Positions 12,945 through 25,819 of a stretch of DNA of 64,000 nt are shown here, piece by piece (the stretch's first letter is position 1; every line of letters begins with the position of its first letter). The notes under the pieces were generated by a model that worked only from the letters and a program-made list of their open reading frames with translations, was not told the origin of the DNA and did no database searches. This stretch comes from Diplonema japonicum (Eukaryota > Protista > Euglenozoa: Diplonemea): assembly GCA_964019335.1 (NCBI GenBank), contig OZ025677.1, positions 248,001 to 312,000 on the forward strand. The letters run 5' to 3'. Made by a program: the position numbers and the translations under genes.

Positions 12945-13403
12945 TGCACCGGCACTAAGAGCAGCGGCGCCTGGATGCGCGAGTGGATCGAACTCCAAAT
13001 TGCCGTCGGCGTGGACCACGTGTGGGTCGCAGATGACAACCCTGCCAACAGCTCCGACATCACAACAGGAGTTCTGAAGCACCCCATACACAAACTGCCC
13101 TGAGTGCAGGCACTCGAAGGTGATCTACAACACGGAGTGTGCAAAGGCGGAACATGCTGGTTACATCCACTGCCTGTGAACACCACCGACTGGAAGCGTG
13201 GCGGCATACGCGAATATGAAAAAACGAAATGGGCGCAGTCCCCTGGGAAGGGTGCCCACTCGAAGTGCGTACGTATATTTCCTGCAAAGTAATGTACAAT
13301 GCAACTAGTGGGCGTTGAGGATAGGAGAACATCTACCACCTACATACCAACATGGGAACTTTATTATGTTGGGCATACCCTTACTGGAGGGGGTGCGTGG
13401 TGA
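12945..13403 (+). pseudogene. GT-PAN paralog 4, deleted and frameshifted pseudogene
   Basis: The CTGTKSSGAWMREW...VLKH block is fused directly to the PYTNCPECRHSK block at ~13082. There is a frameshift at HWP, and further deletions precede a GIPLLEG-like tail. Confidence 0.85.
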
Positions 13404-13808
13404 CGTGAATAAGAAATGCCCACACGGACCCCCTTTGTTTTTTTTTCTTCTTCTTTTTTCTTCTCGCCATTCTATTCGTCTATGGCTTGAACTTCAAGCT
13501 ATTTCTTTGATGTTTAGTGCTTTATTTCTTCTTTCTTTCGCCTCGTATGGTGCACTGCACACCGGAACCTACGAAGCTCAGAATTTTTAAAGCCATACCA
13601 AAGTTCCCGACCTAACGGTGAGTGAACAAGGTACTCTCCACCTTTCCTTCCTTTTTTGCCGTTTTGCTCTTTTGTTCTAGGAGCCTGTATTTAACCCTAT
13701 CTTTCCTCCCTCATCTCTTTTTTCTATATTTAGCTCCGATTTTTACCTTTGCCTTTTTTATTTCACTGCTTTTGAAGGCACCCAGCAACACAGGTTCGGG
13801 TGATCATA

Positions 13809-15549
13809 ATGAACATATCAAGCGCAGTGGGTGTGCTGCTAAGTGTAGTGCTGTGCGTGGTCCTTATCACAACGTGGGACAACGGCTGCGACCAAGATGG
13901 TGGAAAGGACGTAGATGCGAAGGCTCTGAAGGTGACGGAGAATGATGAAGGGCCTCTCATGCACTTGAGCGAAAAGGCAAAGATCCGTGACGAAATGATG
14001 CTGAAACAGAAGGTTGACGAGGCGCTCAGCAAGATGTCCGGTTCCAAACAGGGCGCGGCGCGGGATATCGAAGGGAAGCTCCTGAAAAGGGAGCTGAGCG
14101 ATGACAAGTACACCTATCCTGAGAACCAGTTGAAAATCCAGAAGAAAGGACCTTGGTATGCACACAGAAAAAAGAAGAAAAAAAGAACGAAAAAAAAGGT
14201 TTCTGGGAACGTGCACCGCCACAAAAGGCAGCGGTGCCTGGATGCGCGAGTGGATCGAACTCCAGCTCGCTGTTGGTGTGGACCACCTTTGGATTGCAGA
14301 TGACAACCCTGCCAGCAGCCACGACATCACCGCAGGCGTTCTGAAGTACTACGAGCGCCTTGGCTACGTCACCATCATCCCTGCACCGGGTCTAATGTAC
14401 CCTGGGTGCGAGCAGCTTTCGGGCCCTGACAATAGACACAACTGTGCCCCTGTGAAGCACTGCTTCGAGTACGCCTCACCCCATGTGAAGTGGCTCCTCT
14501 TCGCCGACTCAGACGAGTTCATCTTCCCCCACAACGGCTGCTCGGTTGCCGAGCATATCAAGAACCACTGCAACCCTGATGCCACGCACCTCTATGTGAA
14601 GTGGGAGAGGTTCGGGACAAGCGGCTTCGAGGCCCACCCCAATGGCATGATGCTTGAGAACATCCTCACCTCTGGGGGCACCTGCAAGATGAAGGGGTGC
14701 CGTCACATCCCGTACACGATCTGCCCTGAGTGCAGGCACTCGAAGGTGATCTACAACACGGAGTGTGCAAAGTTGGAACATGCTGGTTACATCCACTGGC
14801 CTGTGAACACCACCGACTGGAAGGAAGGCGGGCTATGGGAATACGAGAAGCTGAGGTGGGTGCAGTCCCCTGGACCAGATGCTGGATGGAAACAGAAGAA
14901 GTGCGCCTACACAGGGTACGTGGAAGATGCTGAGCTTTGCAATGCATGGGCGATCTCGGGGGGTGGGTCGAAGAGGCCGAAGGAGTACACACCCGACTGC
15001 TGCGCGGGTGGGTTGGGGTACAACCATTACGGGACGAAGTCGAAGCAGTTCTATATGAGGAAACAGTTGAACAAGAAGGACAGCAAGAGGGGTTGGAGGA
15101 CAGGGTTTGGGGGGATTAACTTGAACAACGTACTGTCGTTCTCAGTTCTGAAGTTCATGAGGGCGATGCGGAAGAGGTTCTCGGGGATGGGGGCACAGGT
15201 GTCGGACAACGTTGCCTTCGTTGACGTTGCTGACCAGAAGTCGTGCTTTGTGGAGACGAACTGGGTGTACACGGCAACCGAGACGACAAAGATGATGTAC
15301 TCGCTGAGCAGCAACACGACAGACGAGTGTTGCGAGGAATGCCACTCCACAAGCATGTGCAAGGCCTTCACCCTCGACTCTGGCCTGTGCAAGCTTCTCA
15401 TTGGCGCTACTACTGTGCCTTCGACGGACATCAGGGACAACGAGTACCACCTGCATGCTGAGAGAAGGTGGGATCTTGGGCAGATATCAGGCATACCGAT
15501 GAGGCAGGGAGAATGCTCTCTACCTGAACACGTAGGTGGTGTGCCTTAG
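13809..15549 (+). CDS. GT-PAN paralog 5 (exons 13809-14155, 14199-15549)
   Basis: Intron 14156-14198 (43 nt, GTATG..AAAAG); long charged stem; DSD motif. Confidence 0.85.
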
Positions 15550-16009
15550 AGCTGCTTGGCTCATTGCGACTCCCTAGTTTCCGAGCGAGAGTATAGCCTG
15601 TGAACTCTCGTTGCTTTATTCTACCAAGTTGATTGAGTTACCCTCTCTTAGAGAGGGTTTCGTTGTGTTTGCCCCCTTTTTTTTGATTATTTGTTACTTT
15701 GGTTTTGTATCGCTAGAGGGGGAACAAAGAGAACAAAAAAAGGAGAGAAAAGCGATGTGGCCAGCGAGGTGTATTCTATTCTTTTTTTTAGCCCCCCCTT
15801 CTTGTTTTTTTTAATTTTATTTTACGAGGCGTTATACAAAGACCTCTTTTAACTCATATGGTCAGTATTCGCTGTTTGTCACAACATAGGCCCCTAAACT
15901 AACATCGCTAAGGTGAAATGGAAAAAAAAAAAAAAGAATGTATCCAGTAAGTAAAGTCGTCGAAGAAGTTGACCCCTTAGTGGCTAACAGCGAATAATTG
16001 ACCATATAT

Positions 16010-16759
16010 GAGCTTGTCCGGAAAAAAATGTCAACAAATGACCTCTTTTGCAACGGAAAACCTTCGGAAAATTTCGAAGTACAAAAGTAGTCTGACACCA
16101 CTTTGTTCAGAATGCGGTCTAAGTGTGTGCACCATATAGGTCACAATGCGCGCCGTTTGTTTCATTTCTAAAACGCACGTGCAAAAACATGCTTTTTAGA
16201 ATGGTTTTTTTTTTCTTCAGTTTTTGGCATTCGGAAATTGTAAATGACCCAGGCTCCATAGTTTTCTTTTTGTTTTCTTCAATGAAAAGCGAGAAGAAAT
16301 GAACGCAGAATGGTGGGAACTCTGTGAAACTTAAGGGGTCATTTTGGGTGGTTTGGGCTCTTAATCACTATTAAAATGGGGTGGGGAAAATACTGCTATT
16401 TTTTGGCCTATTTTAGGCTACAATGCCATTTTAGGCTAAAATCCCTTAAGGCTATGCAACGCCACATATTTTCCTCTAAACTTTTAACAGTAACCTGACC
16501 CTGGGTTGTACCCAGGAGGTCACAAGTGTGTATGTGCACCACTTTTATGCACCCACCCCGCCGTTTTTCTGACCTCTGTTTTTCGCTTCCCAGCGGCAGC
16601 CGGTTGCAAAGCCTGCCACCACGGCAACAGGTACACCGTATGTCATCTTCCTATGGTTGCATGCTGCCCTTTTTTTGCTCAAATAATCAAAAAGAAAAAA
16701 AAAAAAAAAAAAAAATAGAATTTCTAAAAAAGGTGTTGACATTTTTTCCGGACAAGCTC
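16010..16759. mobile_element. Non-autonomous Sola-like MITE, copy A
   Basis: ~27-bp TIRs GAGCTTGTCCGGAAAAAAATGTCAACA / TGTTGACATTTTTTCCGGACAAGCTC, flanked by ATAT / ATAC. The interior is homologous, in inverted orientation, to 49061-50047. Confidence 0.75.
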
Positions 16760-17234
16760 ATACATTTATTTTTATTTTGTTTTCCTGTGTTTGGATTTAC
16801 CCCCCCTTTTTTTTCCCACGACCTCCATGAAGAAAGGGTACAACGATCAAAAAACCGAGATTTATTAACGATCTTTTCCCCCCTTTTGATTTTTTTCTTC
16901 TCACCCCCCCCTTTTCTTTTTTTTATACAAGTAAAAAAGAAAGATCTTATGCAACTTGTGCCCAGCAAAAATAATTTTTGCATTCGCCTTTGAAAAAACT
17001 TTTTTTTGTTCATGCGACATAAAAGGATCATCTTTTTCTTTTTTTTTCTTTTGCAAGGCCGCATGTAAGCCTTCTGATGGCCGGCCAACTTCTTGCCTAT
17101 TTGCTATGGTTCTTAGAAAGAAATCGCAAACATGAACAGTAGAATGGGGGGGGGGGGGGGGGGGGGAAGCAAAGCCAAAACAAAACAAACCTGTTGTCCC
17201 CCCCCCCCCCCCCTTTCTTCTTCTTTTTTAATAT

Positions 17235-17380
17235 GAGCTTGTCCGGATTCCAATGTCATTTTTTTTGGGAATTCAATTTTTGCCATAGGAAGATGACATA
17301 TACATGGTGTACTGTTGCCGTTCTTTTAAATCGCGATGCTTGTTTTGCCATGAGGGTGGCAGGCTTTGCAACCGGTTGGC
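17235..17380. mobile_element. Terminal fragment of the same Sola-like MITE family
   Basis: ATAT-GAGCTTGTCCGG followed by ccataggaagatgacatata...gcaggctttgcaaccgg, which matches 49061-49230. Confidence 0.65.
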
Positions 17381-17980
17381 CACATGATGAGTGCCGGACC
17401 ACTCCCCGGACGAACTCGTATTTTATTCCCACCACAATTCGTGCATTCCCCAGCTCATCATAGGTGGCTTCTGTGCATCTTGATTGTGTGTCCCGTCATA
17501 CCTTTTTTTCTCTCCCCCACCCGGGAAAGAGCAAGACTATCCCCCTCCCTTGTTAATATACAAATATATTGTTTTCAAGATACTACGATGGGCCAAAGGC
17601 ACACACGGCAGAAAAGATCTAACACAAGATGTTGATTGTCGGTAAGCCATCCTGTCTCGTACTGAGCTAGGCGGTTCCCCCCTTTTTTTTTTCTTCTTCT
17701 CTCCTTCGTCTTTATTCTTACAGCACTGTGCAAGAGGACGACCCCCCCCAAAAAAAACCTTTTGGAAGAAAAAAAAAACGACCCCCCCCCTTCAACAATC
17801 AACAAATCAAAAGCGAAGAAAAGGTGGACATGCAGCCCCCCCGTTTTTCCTTAACACTTTCTTCGTTTTCAAGAGCCCTACAATAATTACGTTGAAATAA
17901 CACTGAAGAACATGAACCAGCTGGTTGTAAGAAAACTATATATCCCCCCCCCCTTTTTTTTGAGAATATCCCATTTCAAA

Positions 17981-18015
<35 letters not shown>

Positions 18016-18254
18016 GTCTCCGCGCTCCCCTCCCTCCCTGCTTGGCTCGAGAAAGCGAGCTTTAGAAAGAAAATAAGAGGATGATGAACCTGCTAAAAGA
18101 AAATGAGAAAAAAGAAAAAGAAAGAAAAAGCAGGGATCATTTCATTTTTTTTTTTTTTTTTTTGGTGGGGATAAATAACAGCTATTTACTGCCAACAAGT
18201 AATGACTTTACCGTTACCTCGAGAGGTCGGCATTACTTGGCGGTAGGTAAGTGG

Positions 18255-18857
18255 TTTTATTTCACGACACTCAGAAATTACTTCACCACGAGGGGCACAA
18301 CGGGGTGACAAGGGGTACAACAAGAGAGGGGTTACAAAGGTTACAATACAAGTTGTTTTCCCTCCTTTTGTTGACTAAGAGCTGCCGCTGTCGCTGGCAT
18401 TGCCACTGTCACCATCTCTAATCAGGCCTTCCCATACCTGGCGCGGCCGCTGGCTCCTTTTTTTCTGCTGCTTCGGTATTTTGAAGTCACTTGGGGAGCT
18501 TGGGTAAGCTGACTAAGTTACCCTTACCCACAGAAGAGTTACCCCCAGAAACTGGGAACAAGGCCTAGCCAAAAGTGGGCAAATTGGGAGGAAAAAGTAG
18601 TCCAACTTGGAACTGAGCCGAGGCAAAAGTTGGCCAATTGAGCTGAACCTGGGGGGAAATAGCAAACTGAGAGGAAAAAGTAGCCCCACTGGGAACCGAA
18701 CCGAGGCAAAAATTGGCCTACCGAGGCATATTATTTAACGGAAACCCCCTATTACTTCACGGAAAACAGGCCATTATTTCACCGTGAAGTAATGAGATTT
18801 AGCGTGAAGTAATGGGCCCCCCAGTGCGTGAAGTAATTTCTGAAGAGTGAAATAAAA
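18255..18857. mobile_element. Inverted-repeat-bounded element with GTGAAGTAA motifs and internal tandem repeats
   Basis: ttttatttcac..cagaaattacttcac (18255-18286) is the inverse of gtgaagtaatttctgaagagtgaaataaaa (18828-18857). Internal repeats of gaggaaaaagtag..ccgaggcaaaa. Confidence 0.55.
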
Positions 18858-18870
18858 AAAAAGAAAAGCC

Positions 18871-19120
18871 TCAAATGTGTTTGTTCGCTGTTGACCTCCT
18901 CGTCGGTCATCACCGGTAGCGCCCGAGTGGAAGAACATAACGCAGATGCTCAGGGTGACGAACAGGCAGCAAACTGCACGAGCGCAGAATCTTGGTTACC
19001 CGGGACGCCCCGGCTGGGGTTGAGCTGTACACCGCACGCATTAAGGACACGACGCGGAACGCAGAAGAAGCTACAACCCGGCCGCCCCTTTAATCAAGTA
19101 GGCAGTTCTTGTGCAGGGCG
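18871..19120 (+). repeat. Dispersed ~300-bp repeat, copy a
   Basis: Core tgttcgctgttgacctcctcgtcggtcatcaccggtagcgcccgagtggaa...cagatgctcagggtgacgaaca, shared with 24290 and 46112. Confidence 0.85.
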
Positions 19121-19268
19121 TTGTCAACAGCGGCCTCCTTAACTCTTATATAAATATTTCCCCCCCCCCCCCCCCCGTTTTCTTTTCTTTTCTTTTCGAT
19201 AGACATAAAGAAGAAGATAAAGTAGAAATTTTCGCCAGACCCTATCCCAAATGGAAAGAGGGGGGAGG

Positions 19269-19303
<35 letters not shown>

Positions 19304-19985
19304 TAAGCAATACATAGGTTTAAGACACGGCTTTTTTTTTTATTTTACGTTTCCTCAACACACCCCATTAAAGTGACTTTAAGTCGTTTTAAAAAAGAGA
19401 GATATCCACCTTAGCACCAGAGTAAGAAAAGATATAATTCAGGCTGTGTAGAAGTTTGTAAAAAAAAAGAAGAAAAAAAAGAGAAAAAAAATATCATGGT
19501 AAACATCGAGGGATGGTTTAAAGAATAAAAGTCTTGTTTCAATGTGTGGGTGTATTAAGCAAGCTTTTTCCGTTTTGTTTCTTACATTTTTCCGTTTTTT
19601 TTTTTGCCCCCCCTTCTTCAAAAAAAAAGAAAGTACTTGCATTTCTTTTCGAATTCTTCAATGTAAATCAAAAAAAAGTATACAGGGAATATGAAAAGAG
19701 AAAAAAAAAAAGAAGTGTACTGCATATTGCCCCCCCCCCCCCCCCCCCCCTCCCCGGGCATAGTCATGATGCGAAATGTTTTTCGCATAACGAATTCATG
19801 TTCGCATCAAAAAATTCGCATGCGGCCTGAAGAAAAAGTCGGAAATGTTTTTGTCAAAGGCGTTCCCCCCTATTTTTCGACCAACCTGGCTTTTGACCCC
19901 CTTTTTTTTCTTTGTTCGATCTTGTCCTGTTCTTCCTCTTTTCTGAAGAACTTTGTTCTCACCACTTTATTTTTTCCTTCTTTTA

Positions 19986-20136
19986 AAACTGCACGAGCGA
20001 AGGATCTTGGTTACCCGGCGCCCCGGCTGGGGTTGAGCTGCACACCGCACAAGGACACAACACGGAATGCAGAAGAAGCTACTGCTTGGCCGAGGTGCGC
20101 CCCCTGTAATCAAGTAGACAGTTCTTGTGCAGGGCG
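19986..20136 (+). repeat. Dispersed repeat, partial copy b
   Basis: aaactgcacgagcg..cttggttacccgg..gcagaagaagctac..ccctgtaatcaagtagacagttcttgtgcagggcg. Confidence 0.8.
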
Positions 20137-20320
20137 CGACCAACTCTTGGCCTCCTTGATTTTTCTCTTATTTTCTTTTCCCTTCTTTCTTTTTTTTTTT
20201 TTTTTTTTTTTCGTTCACCCGTACTTTCGAACCCTCCCACCCCCCATTATTCTTTTTTATTGTGAAATTCTAATTATTTGTCTTCCTGCACTTCTCACCC
20301 CACCACCAGATCTACTCTTC

Positions 20321-21855
20321 ATGACATCAACGGCCTCGACCTTAGCCAACGTGACAGGCATCACGTTGGCGGTCGTGGTTATCTTGATGGTGGTGCTGAC
20401 ATGGGAGACAGACTGCAAGGTCCATGATGAGACAAGGTCCTTGGTATGGTACTTGGAAGAGAGAAAGAAAATGTTAATAATCAAAGGTTCCTCGGGACAT
20501 GTACTGGGACGAAGGGCAGCGGCGCCTGGATGCGCGAGTGGATCGAACTCCAAATCGCTGTCGGCGTGGACCACGTGTGGGTCGCAGATGACAACCCGTC
20601 CGGCGGCTTCGACATCACAACAAGTGTTCTGAAGCACTACGAGAAGCTTGGCTACGTCACCATCATCCCCCCTCCCAAGCTCACCCATCCTGGATGTATT
20701 CAAATCACTGGTGCTGACAATAGACACAACTGTGCCCCTGTGAAGCACTGCTTCGAGCATGCCTCACCCCATGTGAAGTGGCTCCTCTTCGCCGACACCG
20801 ACGAGTTCATCTTCCCCCACAACGGCTGCTCTCTGAAGGAGCACATCAAGAACCACTGCAACCCTGATGCCACACACATCTATGTGAAGTGGGAGAGGTT
20901 CGGGTCCAGCGGCTTTGAGACCCACCCCAATGGCATGATGCTTGAGAACTTCCTCAGCTCAGGAGGCACCTGCAAGCACAGAGGGTGCAGCCGCATCCCA
21001 TACACAAACTGCCCTGAGTGCAGGCACTCGAAGGTGATCTACAACACGGAGTGTGCGAAGGTGGAACATGCTGGCTTCATCCACTGGCCTGTGAACACCA
21101 CCGACTGGAAAGCAGGAGGCATCTGGGAGTACGAGAAAGTGCGGTGGATCCAGTCCCCTGGACCGGAAGCGCATTGGAAGAAGGACACATGCCACTACAC
21201 AGGGTTTGTGGAGGACAGTGAACGATGCAATGCATGGGCGAAGTTTGGTGGTGGGTCGCAGAGGCCGAAAGAGTACACACCCGACTGCTGCACGGCAGGG
21301 ATAGGGTACAACCATTACGGGACGAAGTCGAAGCAGTTCTATATGAGGAAACAGTTGAACAGAAGGGACAGCAAGAGGGGTTGGAGGACATCCTTTATTA
21401 GCATTGATCTGAACGAAGTGCTGTCGTTCTCAGTTCTGAAGTTCATAAGGGCGCTGAGAACGAGGTTCGTTTCCCTGGGGGCACAGGTGTCCGACAACGT
21501 GGACTTCGTGGACCTTGAGGATGGCTCAGCATGCTTCTTGGAGAACAACTTCAGGTACGGGCCGCAGGAGACGACAGTCATGGAATTCATACCCCCTATC
21601 AACACAACAAAGCTGTGCTGTCAGAAGTGCTTCAAAACAAATATGTGCAAGGCTTTCACCTTCGATCATGGTGCTTGCTATCTTTTCATAGGTGCGACAA
21701 CAGTTCCGGGCACTGCCATCAGGGACAACGAGTACCACCTCCCTGCCAACAGGACATGGGAGATGCGTGTTCAGTCTGGCATACCCTTCCGGCAAGGGGA
21801 GTGTGCGGTCTCTCGTGGTGGCGGGGCCAACTGGTTCCTATGGAAAAGAAACTAA
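20321..21855 (+). CDS. GT-PAN paralog 6, very short stem (probable intron 20449-20486)
   Basis: Exon 1 reads MTSTASTLANVTGITLAVVVILMVVLTW... The ancestral donor at 20444 is out of frame, while the donor at 20449 restores W-F-L-G. The catalytic and PAN ORF is intact. Confidence 0.7.
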
Positions 21856-21878
21856 AATTGAACTCCAAGCTACTTTAA

Positions 21879-22145
21879 CCCTTAAAGACGGGAGTCTGTG
21901 ACAGGGCCTTTCTACAGATTTTTGTAAGGTGATGCATCACTACTCCCAGGTCTGCACAGTATTTGTTTTTAGATTTAGAAGAAACAATAAAGAAAAAAAA
22001 GTTCGAAACCTTGTTTAGTTAGAGTGGTTTGTTTCGAGAGCCCAAATCGAGGTGCAAAAAAGAAATAAATCGCGCAACTGGGGGTCCAAAAAAATCCCCC
22101 CCTTCTTTTTTTTCGAAAACTAATGATAGCACCCGTCTTTAAGGG
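21879..22145. mobile_element. piggyBac-type MITE (267 bp) just downstream of the paralog 6 stop codon
   Basis: TTAA-CCCTTAAAGACGGG ... CCCGTCTTTAAGGG-TTAC: perfect 14-bp TIRs with a TTAA-like TSD. Confidence 0.75.
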
Positions 22146-22350
22146 TTACCAACAGGTGGCCACATTCTTCAACATACTACGTTTATATAACTGCACATAG
22201 TCGAAAGGGCGTGTGAGTATGTTTAACCCACTATCCTCACTCACACCTTTCACATGTGCTGACATTCTTTTTATTTACTTCTTTCAACAACGGATTGGAG
22301 AGACGCAGGGAGGTGATGGGGGAAAGAAAAAAGGGAAAAAAAAGATGAGG

Positions 22351-22382
<32 letters not shown>

Positions 22383-22529
22383 TGATTTCTATTTTTTTTT
22401 GCTTTCTTTTCTTTCCCCCCACCGTGTTCTCCCCACTTCTCTCCGCCCACCTTGCCCCCATCCCCACTTCATTTTTTGTCCCCTTCCCCGACCACACCAG
22501 CACACCACTTCACTTAAGGCAACAACGCG

Positions 22530-24108
22530 ATGAGTTCTACAAATGTTGTGGTGGTTCTCATCACTAGCATGGTAGGGTTCCTGGTTTTATCTTCGTGGGG
22601 AGGGTGCTCCAAGAGTACGGTGCAAGAGGAACTGACGGAAAAGAAAGAACCGAAACTGTTCGTGGGTCTGCAGACGAAAGCTGACGAGGACTATTCGTAC
22701 CCCAAGGACACCAATAAGATACAGAGGAAGGGACCTTGGTATGGATAAAAAAGCTCAATCAGAACAACCAAATAGGTTCCTCGGAACATGCACCGGCACA
22801 AAAGGTAGTGGCGCCTGGATGCGCGAGTGGATCGAACTCCAGCTCGCTGTCGGCGTGGACCACCTTTGGATCGCAGATGACAACCCCAAAGGCAGCACCG
22901 ACATCACGACAGGAGTTCTGCAGTACTACGAAACGCTTGGCTACGTCACCATCATCCCCCGCCCAAACCTTACCCATCCTGGATGCATACAGACCAAAGG
23001 CCCAAACGGTGTTCACAACTGTGCCCCTGTGAAGCACTGCTTCGAGTACGCCTCACCCCATGTGAAGTGGCTCCTCTTCGCCGACACCGACGAGTTCATC
23101 TTCCCCCACAACGGCTGCTCGGTTGCCGAGCACATCAGAAATCACTGCAACCCTGATGCCACACATATTTACCTAAAGTGGGAGCGGTTTGGATCCAGCG
23201 GCTTCGATACCCACCCCAATGGCATGATGCTTGAGAACCTCCTCACCTCTGGGGGCACCTGCAAGATGAAGGGATGCCGTAATATCCCGTACACGATCTG
23301 CCCTGAGTGCAGGCACTCGAAGGTGATCTACAACACGGAGTGTGCGAAGTTGGAACATGCTGGTTGGATCCACTGGCCTGTGAACACCACCGACTGGAAA
23401 GCAGGAGGCATCCACGAGTATGACAAATGGAAGTGGATCCAGTCACCTGGACCGGAAGCGCATTGGAAGAAGGACACATGCCACTACACAGGGTTTGTGG
23501 AGGACACCAACAAGTGCAACGCATGGGTGACAACAGGGGGCGGGGCGCAGAGGCCGAGGAAGTACACACCCGACTGCTGCACGGGGGGTATTGGGTACAA
23601 CCATTACGGGACGAAGTCGAAGCAGTTTTGGGTGCGAAAGCAAGCGAACAAGAATACCTTCAAAAGGGGTTGGAGGACGCCCTTCAATAGCATAGATCTG
23701 AACCACGTGCTGTCGTTTTCTGTACTGAAATTCATGAGGGTACTGAGGAAGAGGTTCGCAGGGCTGGGGGCACAGGTTTCGGACAACAATGCCTTCGTTA
23801 ATTTAGATGGTGGGAGGTCGTGCTTTGTGGAGACAAACTGGAGGTACCAACCGACCGAGACGACCAAAGCGAGGAGGGGCAGCAGCAACACAACAAAGGC
23901 GTGCTGCACTGAGTGCTTCAACGAACACCAGTGCAAGGCATTCACCTTCAACCGAGACACTTGCACACTCTTCATTAGTGGCAACACAGTACCCTTGACC
24001 AGCATAAAGGACAATGAGTACCACTTGCATGTGAACAGGACGTGGACCTTTGGATACCTGTCAGGGATCCCCATGCAGCAAGGGGAGTGCTCCATCCAGC
24101 GGAAGTAG
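22530..24108 (+). CDS. GT-PAN paralog 7 (exons 22530-22738, 22776-24108)
   Basis: Removing intron 22739-22775 (37 nt) restores GPWFLG. Confidence 0.85.
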
Positions 24109-24289
24109 AGGTTTATTTATTGTCAGGGGGTAGAGGTTTATTTATTTATGCGATATCCACTCAAGAAAGAAGAAAAGAAAAATAAAAACCCGCCACTTTT
24201 AGTACCCGCCAGCATCGGTGATAAGAAAATATTTTGCTCTTAAAAAAAAAAAAAACCATCGACTTTTTTTCCCCCCCCCCTTTTTTTTT

Positions 24290-24568
24290 TGGGGTGGATA
24301 ACATGGAAATACAAGAAGTACATCAAATGTTCGCTGTTGACCTCCTCGTCGGTCATCACCGGTAGCGCCCGAGTGGAAGAACGTATTACAGATGCTCAGG
24401 GTGACGAACAAGCAGCAAACTGCACGAGCGTCGAATCTCGGTTACCCAGGACGTCCAGGCTTGGGTTGAATTGCACACCGCACGCATTAAGGACACGACG
24501 CGGAACGCAGTTTAATCCGTGCTTCGTTGCACGCTTAACGCCACTTAGTGTTGCAATCAAAACCCCAT
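24290..24568 (+). repeat. Dispersed repeat, copy c
   Basis: Near-identical to 46112-46432 apart from an internal deletion. Confidence 0.85.
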
Positions 24569-25819
24569 TTTTCTTTTTCTTTTCTAACCCCCTGTTGACA
24601 GAAAACACAATTCGTCTTTAACGATCCTAAGCCGCCTTACAAGGTAAAAAGAGCTGGTTCCTGGTTGCAGTAGTGGATTGAGAAGCAAGTCTAGTGATTG
24701 TGGCGACCCCCTGTTGTTGGAATTGTCGGTTGACTCAAGCGCACCAATACCAGTCGGATCTTCGATGTCAAGCATGTGGGGTGAAGGGGATGTCTTTGGA
24801 GATTCTTTCCTATTTTATATATAATGTTCCGCATTTACGTACCTTTTTTTCTTTTTACCCAATTTGGGACATGATTATCCCAATTCTGGTAGATCAATCA
24901 AAGAATAGGAAAAAGAGAAAAAAAAAGGGGGGTAAAAAAAAAAAAAAAAGGAAAGAATAAGTATAAGAAAAGAATTACAGTATATCGAGGACCGTTTCTC
25001 TCTGCAACTCTTTCTTCTTCTTCTTCTTTTTTTTTTTTTTTTTTTTTTCCTTCTTCCCCCCTTTTTTTAAAAGAACTTGTTTTACCAAGTGGGTTTCCTC
25101 CCCCCCCACAATTTTTCTTTGTTAGGGTTTGAGGGTGATCCTCAAGTGGGATTTGCACTTCAACATCGCCCCCCTATCCCCCCCTCTGAAATAGATGAAT
25201 GGAACTGAAAGAAAAAGAAAAAGAACGAGAGAGAGGAAAAAGAAAATACCAATATTATGGTTATTCATTATTTCAAAGGCACACCCGGTACTGAGCCGGT
25301 GAAAGGGCTGTCGAACACCTAGACGCACTCTGCACGTGTAATCATCAAAAGAAAAAAAAAAAAAAAAAAAGCTCTTTCAAAATACCCCCACTTTTTGCAT
25401 TCATTCGTCACCTGCGGTACTTTTGTTGGCTTCCTTCTTTCTCTCTTCGTGACACTGAAAACGCAAAAAAAATAAAGGTTCCTCCGGTCTCTCCACGCTG
25501 CCCCTCGCTCTCTTTTTCAATCTCACCCCTTGCAAGCTTCCTTATCCGTCCAAGCAGGCACACAGGAAACTCAGGAAGAAAAGGAAACGGGGAACTCTTT
25601 TGAAGTGGACAGTTTTCTTTTGAAAGAATTGGAGGAAGAGTGGTGAGGGGGAAGAAAAAAAAAAAAAAAAAAAAAAAAAACAGGCTATTTTTCTCAGTTT
25701 TTCAATCCGTTCACCATGCTACATCCCCCCCCCCCCCCCCCCCCCCCCCTTCAATGTTTCTCTATTCTGTTCCAACATTTCAAAAGAAGGTCATCTTTCA
25801 GGTTACCGCAATACAAGAG

